In this document: one piece after another, positions 12,700 to 22,900 of the stretch
Position numbering within the stretch: the stretch's first letter is position 1
Layout: the number at the start of each line of letters is the position of its first letter
Assembly (NCBI GenBank): GCA_030390025.1
Contig: CM059440.1
Coordinates: 32,302,001-32,366,000 of the forward strand
DNA length: 64,000 nt
Direction: 5' to 3'
From: Squalus acanthias
Taxonomy: Eukaryota
The notes under the pieces: model-generated
Told to the model about the DNA's origin: nothing
What the model saw: only the letters and a program-made list of their open reading frames with translations
Database searches by the model: none
Made by a program: the position numbers and the translations under genes

Positions 12700-12890
12700 A
12701 TTTTTTCTTGCCTCCTGTTTTTCTCATCTGCTACTAAAGCCGTAGACTCCTGCTGATTATGAATCCACAGATGATGGGCACCCTTCCCTGCTTCAACCAA
12801 GTGACCATTCTTCATGAGTGAGCCGAGACAGTAAGGTCTGTTGGCAGGCTCTTCAATCACAGCTGAGCCTGACCCTGTCTTCAGCCAAAT
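12700..12890 (-). mobile_element. Old SINE-like repeat, family A 3' part
   Basis: gagcctgaccctgtcttcagcc and ccaagtgaccattcttcatgagtgagcc are reverse complements of segments in 11500-11620. Confidence 0.5.
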
Positions 12891-13674
12891 AGTTTTCTTT
12901 TATCAAACTTTAATTGCATTATTTTGTAACTGCAGGCTTCTGCCATCCACAGCCCCAGAGTGCGGACCATCAGATGGGATGTTACAATTTGTAGAATTTC
13001 ATGTATAAATGAAAATGGTTACACTATTTTAAATGCCTTCACTTTTTAAAATCTAGTAGCATTCTTGGTCTGTTAAACATATCTCTACACCGTTACATTA
13101 TAAATCACTGTGTGACCTGTCAACTGTTAAAGTCAGCATTAGTGTTTCACCCTGATGCCACTGGAATACTTGAATGTCTCGGATGTTAAAAAGTCACTTC
13201 TGACAGATAGGTTTACAAGAACTGGACAAGCTATTTAACACTTCATTTCCTTGGTATAACATAATGCCTAGTAGGTTTACTTACTTCCCCTGGGGCATCT
13301 TTACTCTGGGCAAGAGATATTGTATATTTATGAAACTGGCAAACTGATTTCCAAATTTCAGCCAGATTCTGCTCAGTGTAACATACTGTGGTCTAATGGT
13401 GATATCTCACTTCTGTAAATATCAGAACAACCAGAAAAAAATCCAAGATAGATGTCTGTTTTCAATACATTTTGATGGCAGAGGGGTGCTGGTTAAAAAT
13501 GACATGGGTGTCGAGCAATATTGTCTTATCCAATTATTTATGTCACTTAAAAAAACAAACTTAAGCAAACTTAACCAAGTGGATAAGTAACTTCAACAAT
13601 AAAATAGGATTGTGTGTTCGATTGGTGAAATTATTTTAAGAATGGATTTGATTTTGTTACTTTGCTTAGTTACT

Positions 13675-14105
13675 TTGAAGTTCAGTCACTGTTATTTAGG
13701 GAAACGCAGCAGCCAATCTGCGTACAGTAGGTACCACCAGCACCTTTTCAAGGACAATTAGGGATGGGCAATAAATGCTGGCCTTGCCAGCGGCACCCAC
13801 ATCCCATAAACAAATTTTAAAAAAACAATGAGATGAATGGCCATTTAATCCATTTTGGTGATATTGGTTGAAGGAGCAATGTTGGCCAGGACACTGGATA
13901 AACTTTGGAAAAAGTGCCATGGGATCTTTTGCATCCGCCTGAACTGGCAGATGGGACCTCGCTTTAACATCTCACTCGAAAGGTGACACCCCTGACAATG
14001 CAGCAGTCGCTCAGTACTGCACTGATATCAGCCTAGCCTTGGAGTTGGGTTTGGATCTACAACTTTCTGACTGAGGCAAGAGTACTACCATTGACCCAAG
14101 CTGCC
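13675..14105 (-). mobile_element. Deu-domain SINE (SacSINE1/AmnSINE1-like), interrupted by a LINE 3' tail at ~13746-13826
   Basis: aagtgccatgggatcttttgcatccgcctga..gcagatgggacctcgctttaacatctc..gaaaggtgacacc is the DeuSINE core, followed by a tRNA-like head in reverse. The inserted piece matches the LINE end at 54670-54740. Confidence 0.75.
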
Positions 14106-14424
14106 ACTTTTATACTACTGTATTGGAGTCACTGCAGACGACTGGGTCTTCATCCATGGCAGCACTCCACAGTGTAAACAACCTGGAACTTAGCATCGTA
14201 GATTCATGAAAATGTGGATCTATGAATGTACTGTTGGGGTAAGGCCACCAGTTTCAGTGTACTAAATGTATGGGCACCATTCTTGCACTCTGGGTCTCCA
14301 TATTGAACAGCAGAGCCCAGCATATCGACAGAAATTCCCAGTGTTGAATGTAAAAAGGGGGAGAGCGGCACACTGGATTTGCTTTCCCAAAACCGGATCA
14401 AAAATCCAATAAATACTAAGAGCA

Positions 14425-14621
14425 TTAGCAAAATACTGCAGATGCTGAAATTCTGGAACAACAACAGAAAATGCTGGAAACACTCAGCAGGTCAGGCAGC
14501 ATCGTGGAGAGAGAAACCGAGTTAACGTTTCGTCATCGACCTGAAACGTTAACTCTGTTTTTCTCTCTCTACGATGTTGCCTGACCTGTTGAGTGTTTCC
14601 AGCATTTTCTGTCGTTGTTTC
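14425..14621. mobile_element. Palindromic Penelope-terminus-derived element with 14-bp target-site duplication
   Basis: Near-perfect ~75-bp inverted arms centred on gttaacgtttc-gtcatcgacct-gaaacgttaac. Flanked by the direct repeat aaatactaagagca at 14411-14424 and 14622-14635. Confidence 0.85.
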
Positions 14622-16560
14622 AAATACTAAGAGCACCTCACTCTGATTTCCAGACACTTTCTGACTGCTGTTGTGTTTAGGTAAAGTGCAAAGTGGGAGT
14701 CTCTCGTGCATTGTTTTCAGATTGTGACTGAGTAGCTAAGGTATGCCGTGTGGTCTGCTTCACCAGCAGGTGAGAATTTAAGACTGCTGATGTTTCTTGA
14801 CTAGGTGTCTGATGGAATCAGGTGAAACACAGACTCAGGGCTTTGAATGGAATGTGTGAGTGTTCTGTCCGTGGGCTCCAGCTACAGGATGCAAGTGTGA
14901 GCTGCAAGTAATCTGTTAAACCTGGAGCTATAGAGGGCAGGAGCTGGTAGGCACGGATTTGTACTTTGAGACCGGAGGTAGAGAGAGCACCTCTGCTACT
15001 AGATAGCTTTCAAATTCACAATAGTTTGTAGCTTCACAATAATCCGTCAAAGCTAAAAGCTTTAGAGTATATTCTGCTTTGGTACATCCCTAGTGAGTGA
15101 ACAGAAAAGAGAGATCCTGACCATTACCCGCAGTACAATGCTGGTTCAGAAATTACAATATTTATATTGTTAAACGCATTCTATAATCCCAGCATTATCT
15201 CTTTCCCCTCTCCCCCTTTCAAGAGTACCAAGGCTTGCAGTCTAATTTTAGATTGCAAATAAATTCAGTCACTACATTAAAATGTGATGGAAATGGCATA
15301 GTAAATTTTTTTTTAGTACAATTTCATATCAGGGGACTGTTTCTGCTGCAACAATGCAGTTCTACCTTCTAAAAGAAAGGGAACACTAACTAAACTGCCG
15401 GTATTTCCTTCTATCTTGTAGCATGACTATTGTAGTTGGTCAGAAAGATCTTGTAGTTTAGAAATAAAAATAAATGTGATTACTGCAACATTTAAGTACA
15501 TTATGTGGAGAGAATTTTTTGAGGAATTCTGATGTGTTGCAGTCTGTTCAGATTGGTGCAGGTGCTGAATCAGAATGTAGTTTGAACATAATTAATAGCG
15601 CTCAGAGGCAAAATCAACTTAAATCAACCTACTGTATCAGTTCTACAGTTACCTTGAGTAGTTCCACTTCATGTACTGGTAGAGTTAAATATATTGTGCT
15701 TTCATAAACAAAGTGTTTTAAGAAACTAGTAGATTTTGTTTTATACACTAACCTATGAAAGTTAATTTATTGTTGGTTCATTTAACAAATTATAAAAATC
15801 GGGGGGAAAAACATTAAACTCTGCTCCAGTTTAGTAGGCTCTTGTAGGAAAAATACATACTGTAGTTAAATGGAATCAGATAACGTACAGTAATTAAAAG
15901 TAAAAACTGGTTCGTAGCCTTATTAACAACAAACGGATTTTAGAGGCTTTGTCAAACTTAATTGGGGTGAGTGGGTTCAGAGGCACTTGCATTCTTTTAG
16001 AAAAGGGCGATCGTGATTTTCTGTTCCATGTTGATGCCTGATTTATTCTTTTTCAACTGTAGTCGACATAACTGAGAGCTTTCCAAATTATTTATGAGTT
16101 TGAACGGGATCTCGCTCAAGAAAATTGGGAATGCCCAGACCACATTATACAGCTGTGTTTTATTAAGTGGGAATGTGACTTTCATTTGTCAAATTTTGTT
16201 TGATAACGCTCCTATGAAACGCATTGGGACATTTTACTACGTTAAAGGCGCTATATAAATGCAAGTTGTTGTTCATATTTAATCAATGTGAGCTGCTATG
16301 AATTGCTTAATCATAATACTGAAATACTAATGTGAAGTTTTAACTTTCTGCTTAATTTTAACTACAAAGAAATAAAAGTAACTTATCAAGCAGAGTAGCT
16401 TTTAATAGTTCTGAAAACGTCAAATCACCTTTTAAAACTTAAATTTACAGGCTCATAATTGCCTGTGTTTATTCATACTATGCCTAACCTTATGAGCAAT
16501 AAATGCATTCAATAACGTCTCCATTCCCATCCCTTGCTTCCCAGAATAGTCTGCCCTTAC

Positions 16561-16942
16561 CTGCAGATGTCTGCGTAACTGTTTGGGCTGCCTGAAGCTG
16601 AATAATGTCTATCCGATTGTTCACTTCAGAGTATTTTCCTTCGGCTTCTGTAATGCGAGATTCAATCTGCCGATAGCCGTTTTCCACTTCCATCATCTGC
16701 ATGACAACGTTTATCCAGTCGGTCTCCTGTTTCCTACTGAGCTCAGTAAGAATGCTGGTCAGGTTGGCCACCTGGATCTTCAGCTCTTTCAGATCATCAC
16801 AGCAGGTGATGAGCTTCATAATGTTCACTCCTCCTGCAGCCCCCCTTCTCCGAGGTGCTTTCTGAACCCGGCTATAACCCGAAGGAAAATTGCAAAGCAG
16901 AAAAATGAACGACAAAAGCCAGAGGAAAATCTTGACTGGCAT
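16561..16942 (-). CDS. ANGPTL7: Angiopoietin-like 7, coding exon 1 (signal peptide + coiled coil)
   Basis: ATG at 16942. Hydrophobic leader MPVKIFLWLLSFIFLLC, then CCDDLKELKIQVANL...IDIIQLQAAQTVTQTSA. Donor G|GTAAGG at 16560. 382 nt. The five exons sum to 1047 nt in frame. Confidence 0.96.
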
Positions 16943-17249
16943 CTTTTGAAATTAATGAATCTAAGAAACTACTGTCTTTGGGTTTGAAACACTTGCCACT
17001 GTTGGATTACTTTTGCAAAAACCTTATAACAGATTATTGGAGGCACTAGTGTTCTGTCAGCTACCTTGTCGGAGTGCTTTAAAGTTTTTCTTAAGAAGTG
17101 CAGAATAGTTACAAGTATGTTGTTAAAAATGTTCCTCTTGTGCACCCTTTATCCAGTGAACGTTGAAGCTTGCTGCAGTTAACTTGAAGTATTCCTGCAG
17201 TGTCCTTTTCAGAAAAATATAAGCAGTCTTGAGAACAGCTTAGACGCAG

Positions 17250-17430
17250 CATCTTAAATATCTAATGCATGTGTAGTCGGTGCCCCTCCCACTCACTGCA
17301 CACATGGCAAGTTCCTCCCCATCCATCAATTAAGCTCAGGTGCTGACAGGAATGTGGGCTGGAGCTTTTTTTGGGAGAAGGATGCCTTTTGTTTGAGGTT
17401 TGGCCAGCAAAGGACCTCCCAGTCCTGTCA
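17250..17430 (-). promoter_or_regulatory. Candidate ANGPTL7 proximal promoter (TATA-like TATTTAA, PBX-HOX and MEIS/PREP motifs)
   Basis: TATTTAA on the - strand at 17254-17260, ~310 bp upstream of the ATG. TGATGGATGG (-) at 17319-17328. TGACAG at 17344-17349 (+) and 17425-17430 (-). TSS not determined. Confidence 0.35.
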
Positions 17431-17453
17431 ACTTTTCCTGATGTCAGATTACC

Positions 17454-17492
17454 GGGGTGGGGGGGGGGGGTTGGTTGGGGTGGGGTGGGGGT
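17454..17492 (+). other. G-tract cluster with G-quadruplex potential
   Basis: ggggt-G12-ttggtt-ggggtggggtggggg: at least four G>=4 runs with short loops. Confidence 0.55.
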
Positions 17493-18389
17493 GCGGCGGA
17501 GACAACACCAAGTTTGTGCATCATTTTCCCTTTTCCTACAGATGCATGCTGTGGTGAGTTAAAAATATTAATCAAACGTATTAGTACAGTTGAGGAAAAC
17601 TTGCAATAGTATAATACTCACAAATGTTCACATTTATCGTGGCTGGGTTTCAATGAGTTTTTAACGATAATTGCATTTTATCTAAATTTAGTGTTAGAAT
17701 AAAGATTTTTTTTTAAAGTACCCCCACAAAATGAAAGTCAGCAATGCATCCTTTTTGTGCAGACAATGTGCTATAAGATGATTACTTTAAACTGGATTAA
17801 AATATATGAACCCAACATATTGTTTTACTTATCTCTGCTTGTGCAACTGATCTACATTTCATTGCGTTTAGCCACAATATGTGACTCATGTGCTGCAGAT
17901 GTATGCTGCAGTCTTCATTTGTAATCACTTTTAAGTAGATTTGATTCTATATTTTGTGGTATATTTTACATTATGTTTAGATAAAATTAAGATAAACTAC
18001 TTTAAAGTAACATATAAGCATTAAATTGAAGCCAGCCTTTTTAGAACCTAGGATACCCAAGCAGCAATTCAACAACTGACATATGGATCTAGCTGAGTAT
18101 TTGATGCCCTAAACACTGAGCTTTCATTCTACCCTTTCAAAACGTAACTAATAATCCTCCAGACACACACACTCCCTCCCCCACTGCATGGGCAACATCA
18201 ATAGTTCTTTTCATGAAGACAAAGTATACTTGGGGAGGTAATTTACAGTGTAATTTACAGTGTAATTTATCTCTGTGGCCGTATGGTATAGATGCAAGAG
18301 GGGGAAGGAAAAAGTACTGTTACAAAACGTTTTCATTGATTTCATAACAGTACATTTTCCTTACCCCTCTTGCATGCGTACCATAACCA

Positions 18390-18920
18390 AAAACCTTTCT
18401 TCATCTCTTAATATTGTCTGTCTGCATCTTTCCCGCCACCTCCAAAGCCCAAGTTAATGCATTTCAAATCCTAGGTGCTCAACTTCTCTCTATTGCTCTC
18501 TTACTTACCCAGCCTCCTCCCTCTGCAAACTGCAACTCATTTAGAATGCCTGCATTCTTCATCTTCACAAAGACCGACAGTCCCCACCCTTACTAAGCCG
18601 CCCTGTTTCTCATTGCCCCAGCGAATTTACTTCAGGATCCTCGTTGTCACTTTTGTATCCCTTCATGCCTTTACCCTACCGTACCTCAGTGATCTCCAGC
18701 CATCTGCTCCTCTGACACCAGGTTACTCCTGGTTATCAACCATAAGTGGCCACTCTTTCAGTCACTACACCTCTGTTCTCTACACCTACCTGTTTTCCTC
18801 ATTACTCTTCTCTTGGCCTGTGCCTTTACTCTTCCCCCAAGCTTTTTCTCATTTTCCCTCATGCTCATCGTCCACCGTTTTTCCTCCTCAATGTAAACTG
18901 CTCTGAGAATTAGTCCTGTA
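18390..18920 (+). mobile_element. Highly decayed L2-like LINE 3' fragment
   Basis: C/T-rich segment colinear with the L2 copies at 20.5 and 27.3 kb (catctttcccgccacctcc, ttcaggatcctcgttgtcacttt, tgtaaactgctctgaga). Confidence 0.45.
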
Positions 18921-19974
18921 TGGGAGGAGTGCTACTGGAAGTAAATCTTCCCCTGATGTGATCTTGGAAGTTAATGTTTAGTTTTTTGAACACTGTTGGA
19001 ACGTCTAGAAGTACATTTCTTATCACATCTCCAATTCACAAACTATCTCCATGAATGAAAAAATTAAAATCAATGCGTTTGAAGCAAACAAGGCATTTAG
19101 TCATTTTTTTAAAAAAGTCCTGTTAATATCAACCATGTTCTAACTGGAGTCTTTGAATATGTAGAACTTGTTTATGATTTCCTGCACCCCCCCCCCCCCC
19201 CCCCACCCCATGTGTGCATTTTTTGAAATTAACACCAAATTGTGGCAGTTTCTGTTGCAGCGTTTAAATTGAACTGTTTAAAAATCTTTTTGATTGGTTA
19301 CTTGTTAACAAGTCATGAAAAACATTAGCATTTTCCAAACATTGTAGGAATTTTATGACTGAACAGAACATTCTATCAGACAAAATGCTAGTGTTCTTTC
19401 CATTTCCCTCAGTGCTGATTAGTTGCACGCAACATCCTGTCTCCTAACATTTACTACCCGTCAATCACTAGTGCCACTCGCCATTATTTTTTATTTATAT
19501 CCTTAAAGTCGCTTCTCTCCTTCCCCAGACTGCTAAATCATACACCATTTCCCCAAAAGAGAGCACAGCCAAGTCATTTCCTCCCATGCATCTCCACAGA
19601 ACCCCATTTAGCCAGTCACTAGATGCAGACTGGTTCATCTTCCGTTGTAAACATTTTCCCCTTTTTACAACCCTCTTGAAGTGCCTCCTACCACAAAGCA
19701 AGAAGCAGTTGTTCATTTCGAGCAATAACGTATATTTTTAAATAAAAATCCGTTAGTGGGCTGAAGAAATAAGAAATACATGATCTGCATCCCCCAAAAT
19801 GGCAGTAGTTCTAATTCTTATTATTTTCCTGCAGCAATAAGGGCATCAAGATCTATGCATAATGAGTACCGATGACTGAAAAGAAAAATTGAGAGCCAGA
19901 ATCACTCCTAGGGCGGGCATGAGTTTGATGAAAGTTCAATATTGTGGCTTTTTCATAGCAGCGGAATAGTAACC

Positions 19975-20730
19975 TTGACATGTTCAATCATCTCTCCTCA
20001 ACCTTCTCTGCAGCCTTGGACATGCTTGGCCACACCGTCCTCCTCCAATGCCTCTCCTCTGTTGTCTAGTTCCGTGGGACTGCCCTCGCTTGGTTCCACT
20101 CCTATCTATCCAACCACAGCCAGAACATCTCCAGCAATGGCTTCTCTTCTCGCCCTTGCGCCATTATCTCTGCAGTCTCCCAAGGATCTATCCTTGGCCC
20201 CGTCCTCTTCCTCAACTACATGCTGCTCCTTAGTGACAATATCCGAGGACATGGGGTCAGCTTCCACATGTACATTGATGACACACAGCTCTACCTCACC
20301 CCCACCTACCTCTGCGTTGTTATATTGTTGTCCAACTTCCTGTCTTGGATGAGCTGCAATTTTCTCCAGTTAAACATTAGGAAAGCTGAAGCCATTGGCC
20401 ACAATCTTCATACCCTTGTTATTGATGCCAGCCTCCTCCCCAGCCACGGTCTGAGGTTTGCAGCCTTGGCATCTTACTTGACCCTGAGCTCACTTCAAAC
20501 CCCTTATCCAGCCTATCACAAAACCCACCTGCTTCCATAACATTGCCCACCTCTGCACCTGCCTCAACCCATCTGCTGCTGAAGCCCTTATCCATGCCTT
20601 TGTCATCTCCAGACTCAACTGTTCAAATGCTCTCTGAGCTGGCCTCCCATTTTCATTGCTCCATAAACTTCCGGTCATCCAAACTCTGCTGCCCCTATCC
20701 TATCCTGCACTAAGTCCTGCTCATCCTGGT
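19975..20730 (+). mobile_element. L2-type LINE RT fragment
   Basis: Translates to QGSILGPVLFLNYMLLLSDNIRGHGVSFHMYIDDTQLY and AEALIHAFVISRLNCSNALL. Frameshifted. Confidence 0.85.
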
Positions 20731-22088
20731 GTTTATCTCCAGTTATTTACTTATTTGTACATTATCCATTAATTTTCAACTAAACCTGTGCCGCAATGTC
20801 CATTGTTGTGACTGTCACAGTGAGTGAGCAGTTATGCAACTTGAAATTAAAATGCTTATCAATGTAACATAATATCTGCTTTAAATGGGGAGTATTTTGA
20901 CTCTTCCACTCCACATATCCTGTAAACCTTAAGCGGCTATCTATTCCCCTTATTATGCACATACTGCTGCCTTTTATTGCTCTATTCAGTTTAGATTCAA
21001 CATCTGAACCAACATTCCTTTCCTATTCCTTTTGTTTTCTTTCCTTGGAGCCTGATGGTCAAAGACCATGACGTAGTTTAATCCCCTTAAGCGCTTTGAT
21101 CACTTTTTTCCATCAAAGTTGAACTGACCGTGAATCTCATCATTTCTTTATAGGAAGTTTAGCATACCCGTCAGCACTCCAGACTCCACTGTAGTTTAAG
21201 AAAAACTGCTGAAACAACAAGTATGCAACACGACAGGTAGAAGAGTGACATTTGCTTTCCTTTACCTCTTTTTCCCCCCACTTGCAATGATTGGAACCTT
21301 TCATTTTACCTTCAATTTGACTCGCATTAATTCTTGATTTTCCTCGCTCTTGCCCGTCCTGTACATTTATCAGCAGGTATGTGGCTATTTGCAACTGGTA
21401 CTCAAATTTCTCCAAGTGATTAGTTGCACAAGTAGTGACTTCCCTCAGCTGTGCTTGGAATAGAACCAGCAGTTAGAAATGTATCTGGGTGAGTTGGACA
21501 AGGTGCTTTACATAAGAGATCTCTGAGGTTATCACAATTAATAGTCAGCAGGTGGACAATTATTTTCATCTAAAACTAAAAACTTGCATCCATGAAATGA
21601 ATGTCCGGATTTGTGCTTTTGGGTAGGCTGTGTTGTATGTTTAGGCGAGGTCAACCTCTTGTGAAAGTATATTTTGTGTTTTTAAAAGTTTGGACCTGTC
21701 ATTGATTGTATAATTATGGATAATTGGGAGTCAAGTACTAAAGCTGTCGTTTACTCTAGGGGTTTAGATGGCATAAATTTAAGTGAATTTGGTGTCATTT
21801 CAGCAGCTAGACTAAATTAGAACACTATTACGTCCTCTATACCATATATATACTGTAATCTTTGCAAATACAAGTTAGTGGTGCTAAAATTATACTGATA
21901 GAAGACTATGAGGAACTAATGTGATATTGTCACTCAAAAATGGTGTAATGTGGCTCACAGGAGGATATAATAAGGAATTTAAATTGCAGGTTTAAAGCAT
22001 AATTGTAGGGCATTTAACTTGATGTACAATATATAGTGAGTTTTCATTCCATCTACGGTTTTTAATGTTTCTACACGGTGAAAACAAT

Positions 22089-22900
22089 AGCCCGGATTTT
22101 GCGGTTAAAAATAATGGTGAGGCTATCAGCGTTCACCACCGTTATTAAACAGTAAATCAAAGAGCAACTTCCGGTAACCACACATGCACAGTTAAACGCG
22201 GAAATCGGGAAGTTGCTGTCCAAGTTGCCCTGCTCCTCCAGAAGCTTCGTGATAACAGTATCTCGCCGAGAGACTCAGCATTGAAATACATGGAAGGGCA
22301 AGAAGTAGGGGTATTTGAGAAAGATGCCCACTAAACACACCAGAAAAAGTCAGGGCTTGTCCATTCAAGTCTACGTAAATTTTTATTGGCGTGATGAGTC
22401 CTAATTCCTTCCAAACAACCTCTCTGGCATTGAAAATTAACTTTTACAAGTGTGGAGTCTCATTCATTCAAATTTTAATTATTGTTGGAGATTATAAAAA
22501 CATAAATTAAATAATTTTCTTTTAACTTTTTCTTTGTCTTTTATCTCTCTCTCTCTCTCTCAATCCCATCTTTCTTTCCCTCTCTTTCGCTTTCTGTCCA
22601 TGATTTGGCATTGAATTAACTATTCTAACTTACACTTTCCGGTTCAGACTTTGCGCGTCTTACTAAGGATTCTTAAATCTGATTGGTTAAAGAGATACAC
22701 AGTTGCTTGACCTGTTCACACAGGTCCTAGATCCCCTGTAGAGGGCGCCGCACTATTTTGGACTTCTAATCATCGAACATTCCAGTGCAAAAGCCCATAG
22801 AAAGTTTGTGGGCAAGTGTTAGTGTAATGAGCGGCTGGCAAGTGTTAGTATAATGAACGGCTAGCACCGTTCGTTCGCCGCTGACCGCAAAATCCAGGCC
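22089..22900. mobile_element. Non-autonomous TIR DNA transposon (PIF/Harbinger superfamily-like) with AAT TSD
   Basis: TIRs agcccggattttgcggtta / tgaccgcaaaatccaggcc. AAT on both flanks. CpG-rich subterminal regions and an AT-rich centre. Confidence 0.8.

Noticed and set aside
16490-16560. ORF-track extension of ANGPTL7 exon 1 to 150 aa
   Set aside because: It runs through a strong G|GTAAGG donor into intron 1. Homology resumes in exon 2.
16583-16987. 134-aa + strand ORF overlapping ANGPTL7 exon 1
   Set aside because: Antisense shadow of the real CDS, with no recognisable domain.
18239-18269. 12-bp tandem repeat (taatttacagtg) x2.5
   Set aside because: Ordinary slippage duplication with no further structure.
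21152-21237. Exon-like segment (ttctttatAG ... cag|GTAGAA) as an MTOR poison exon
   Set aside because: In-frame stop, mediocre donor and no homology. Such matches are expected by chance in a 44-kb intron.
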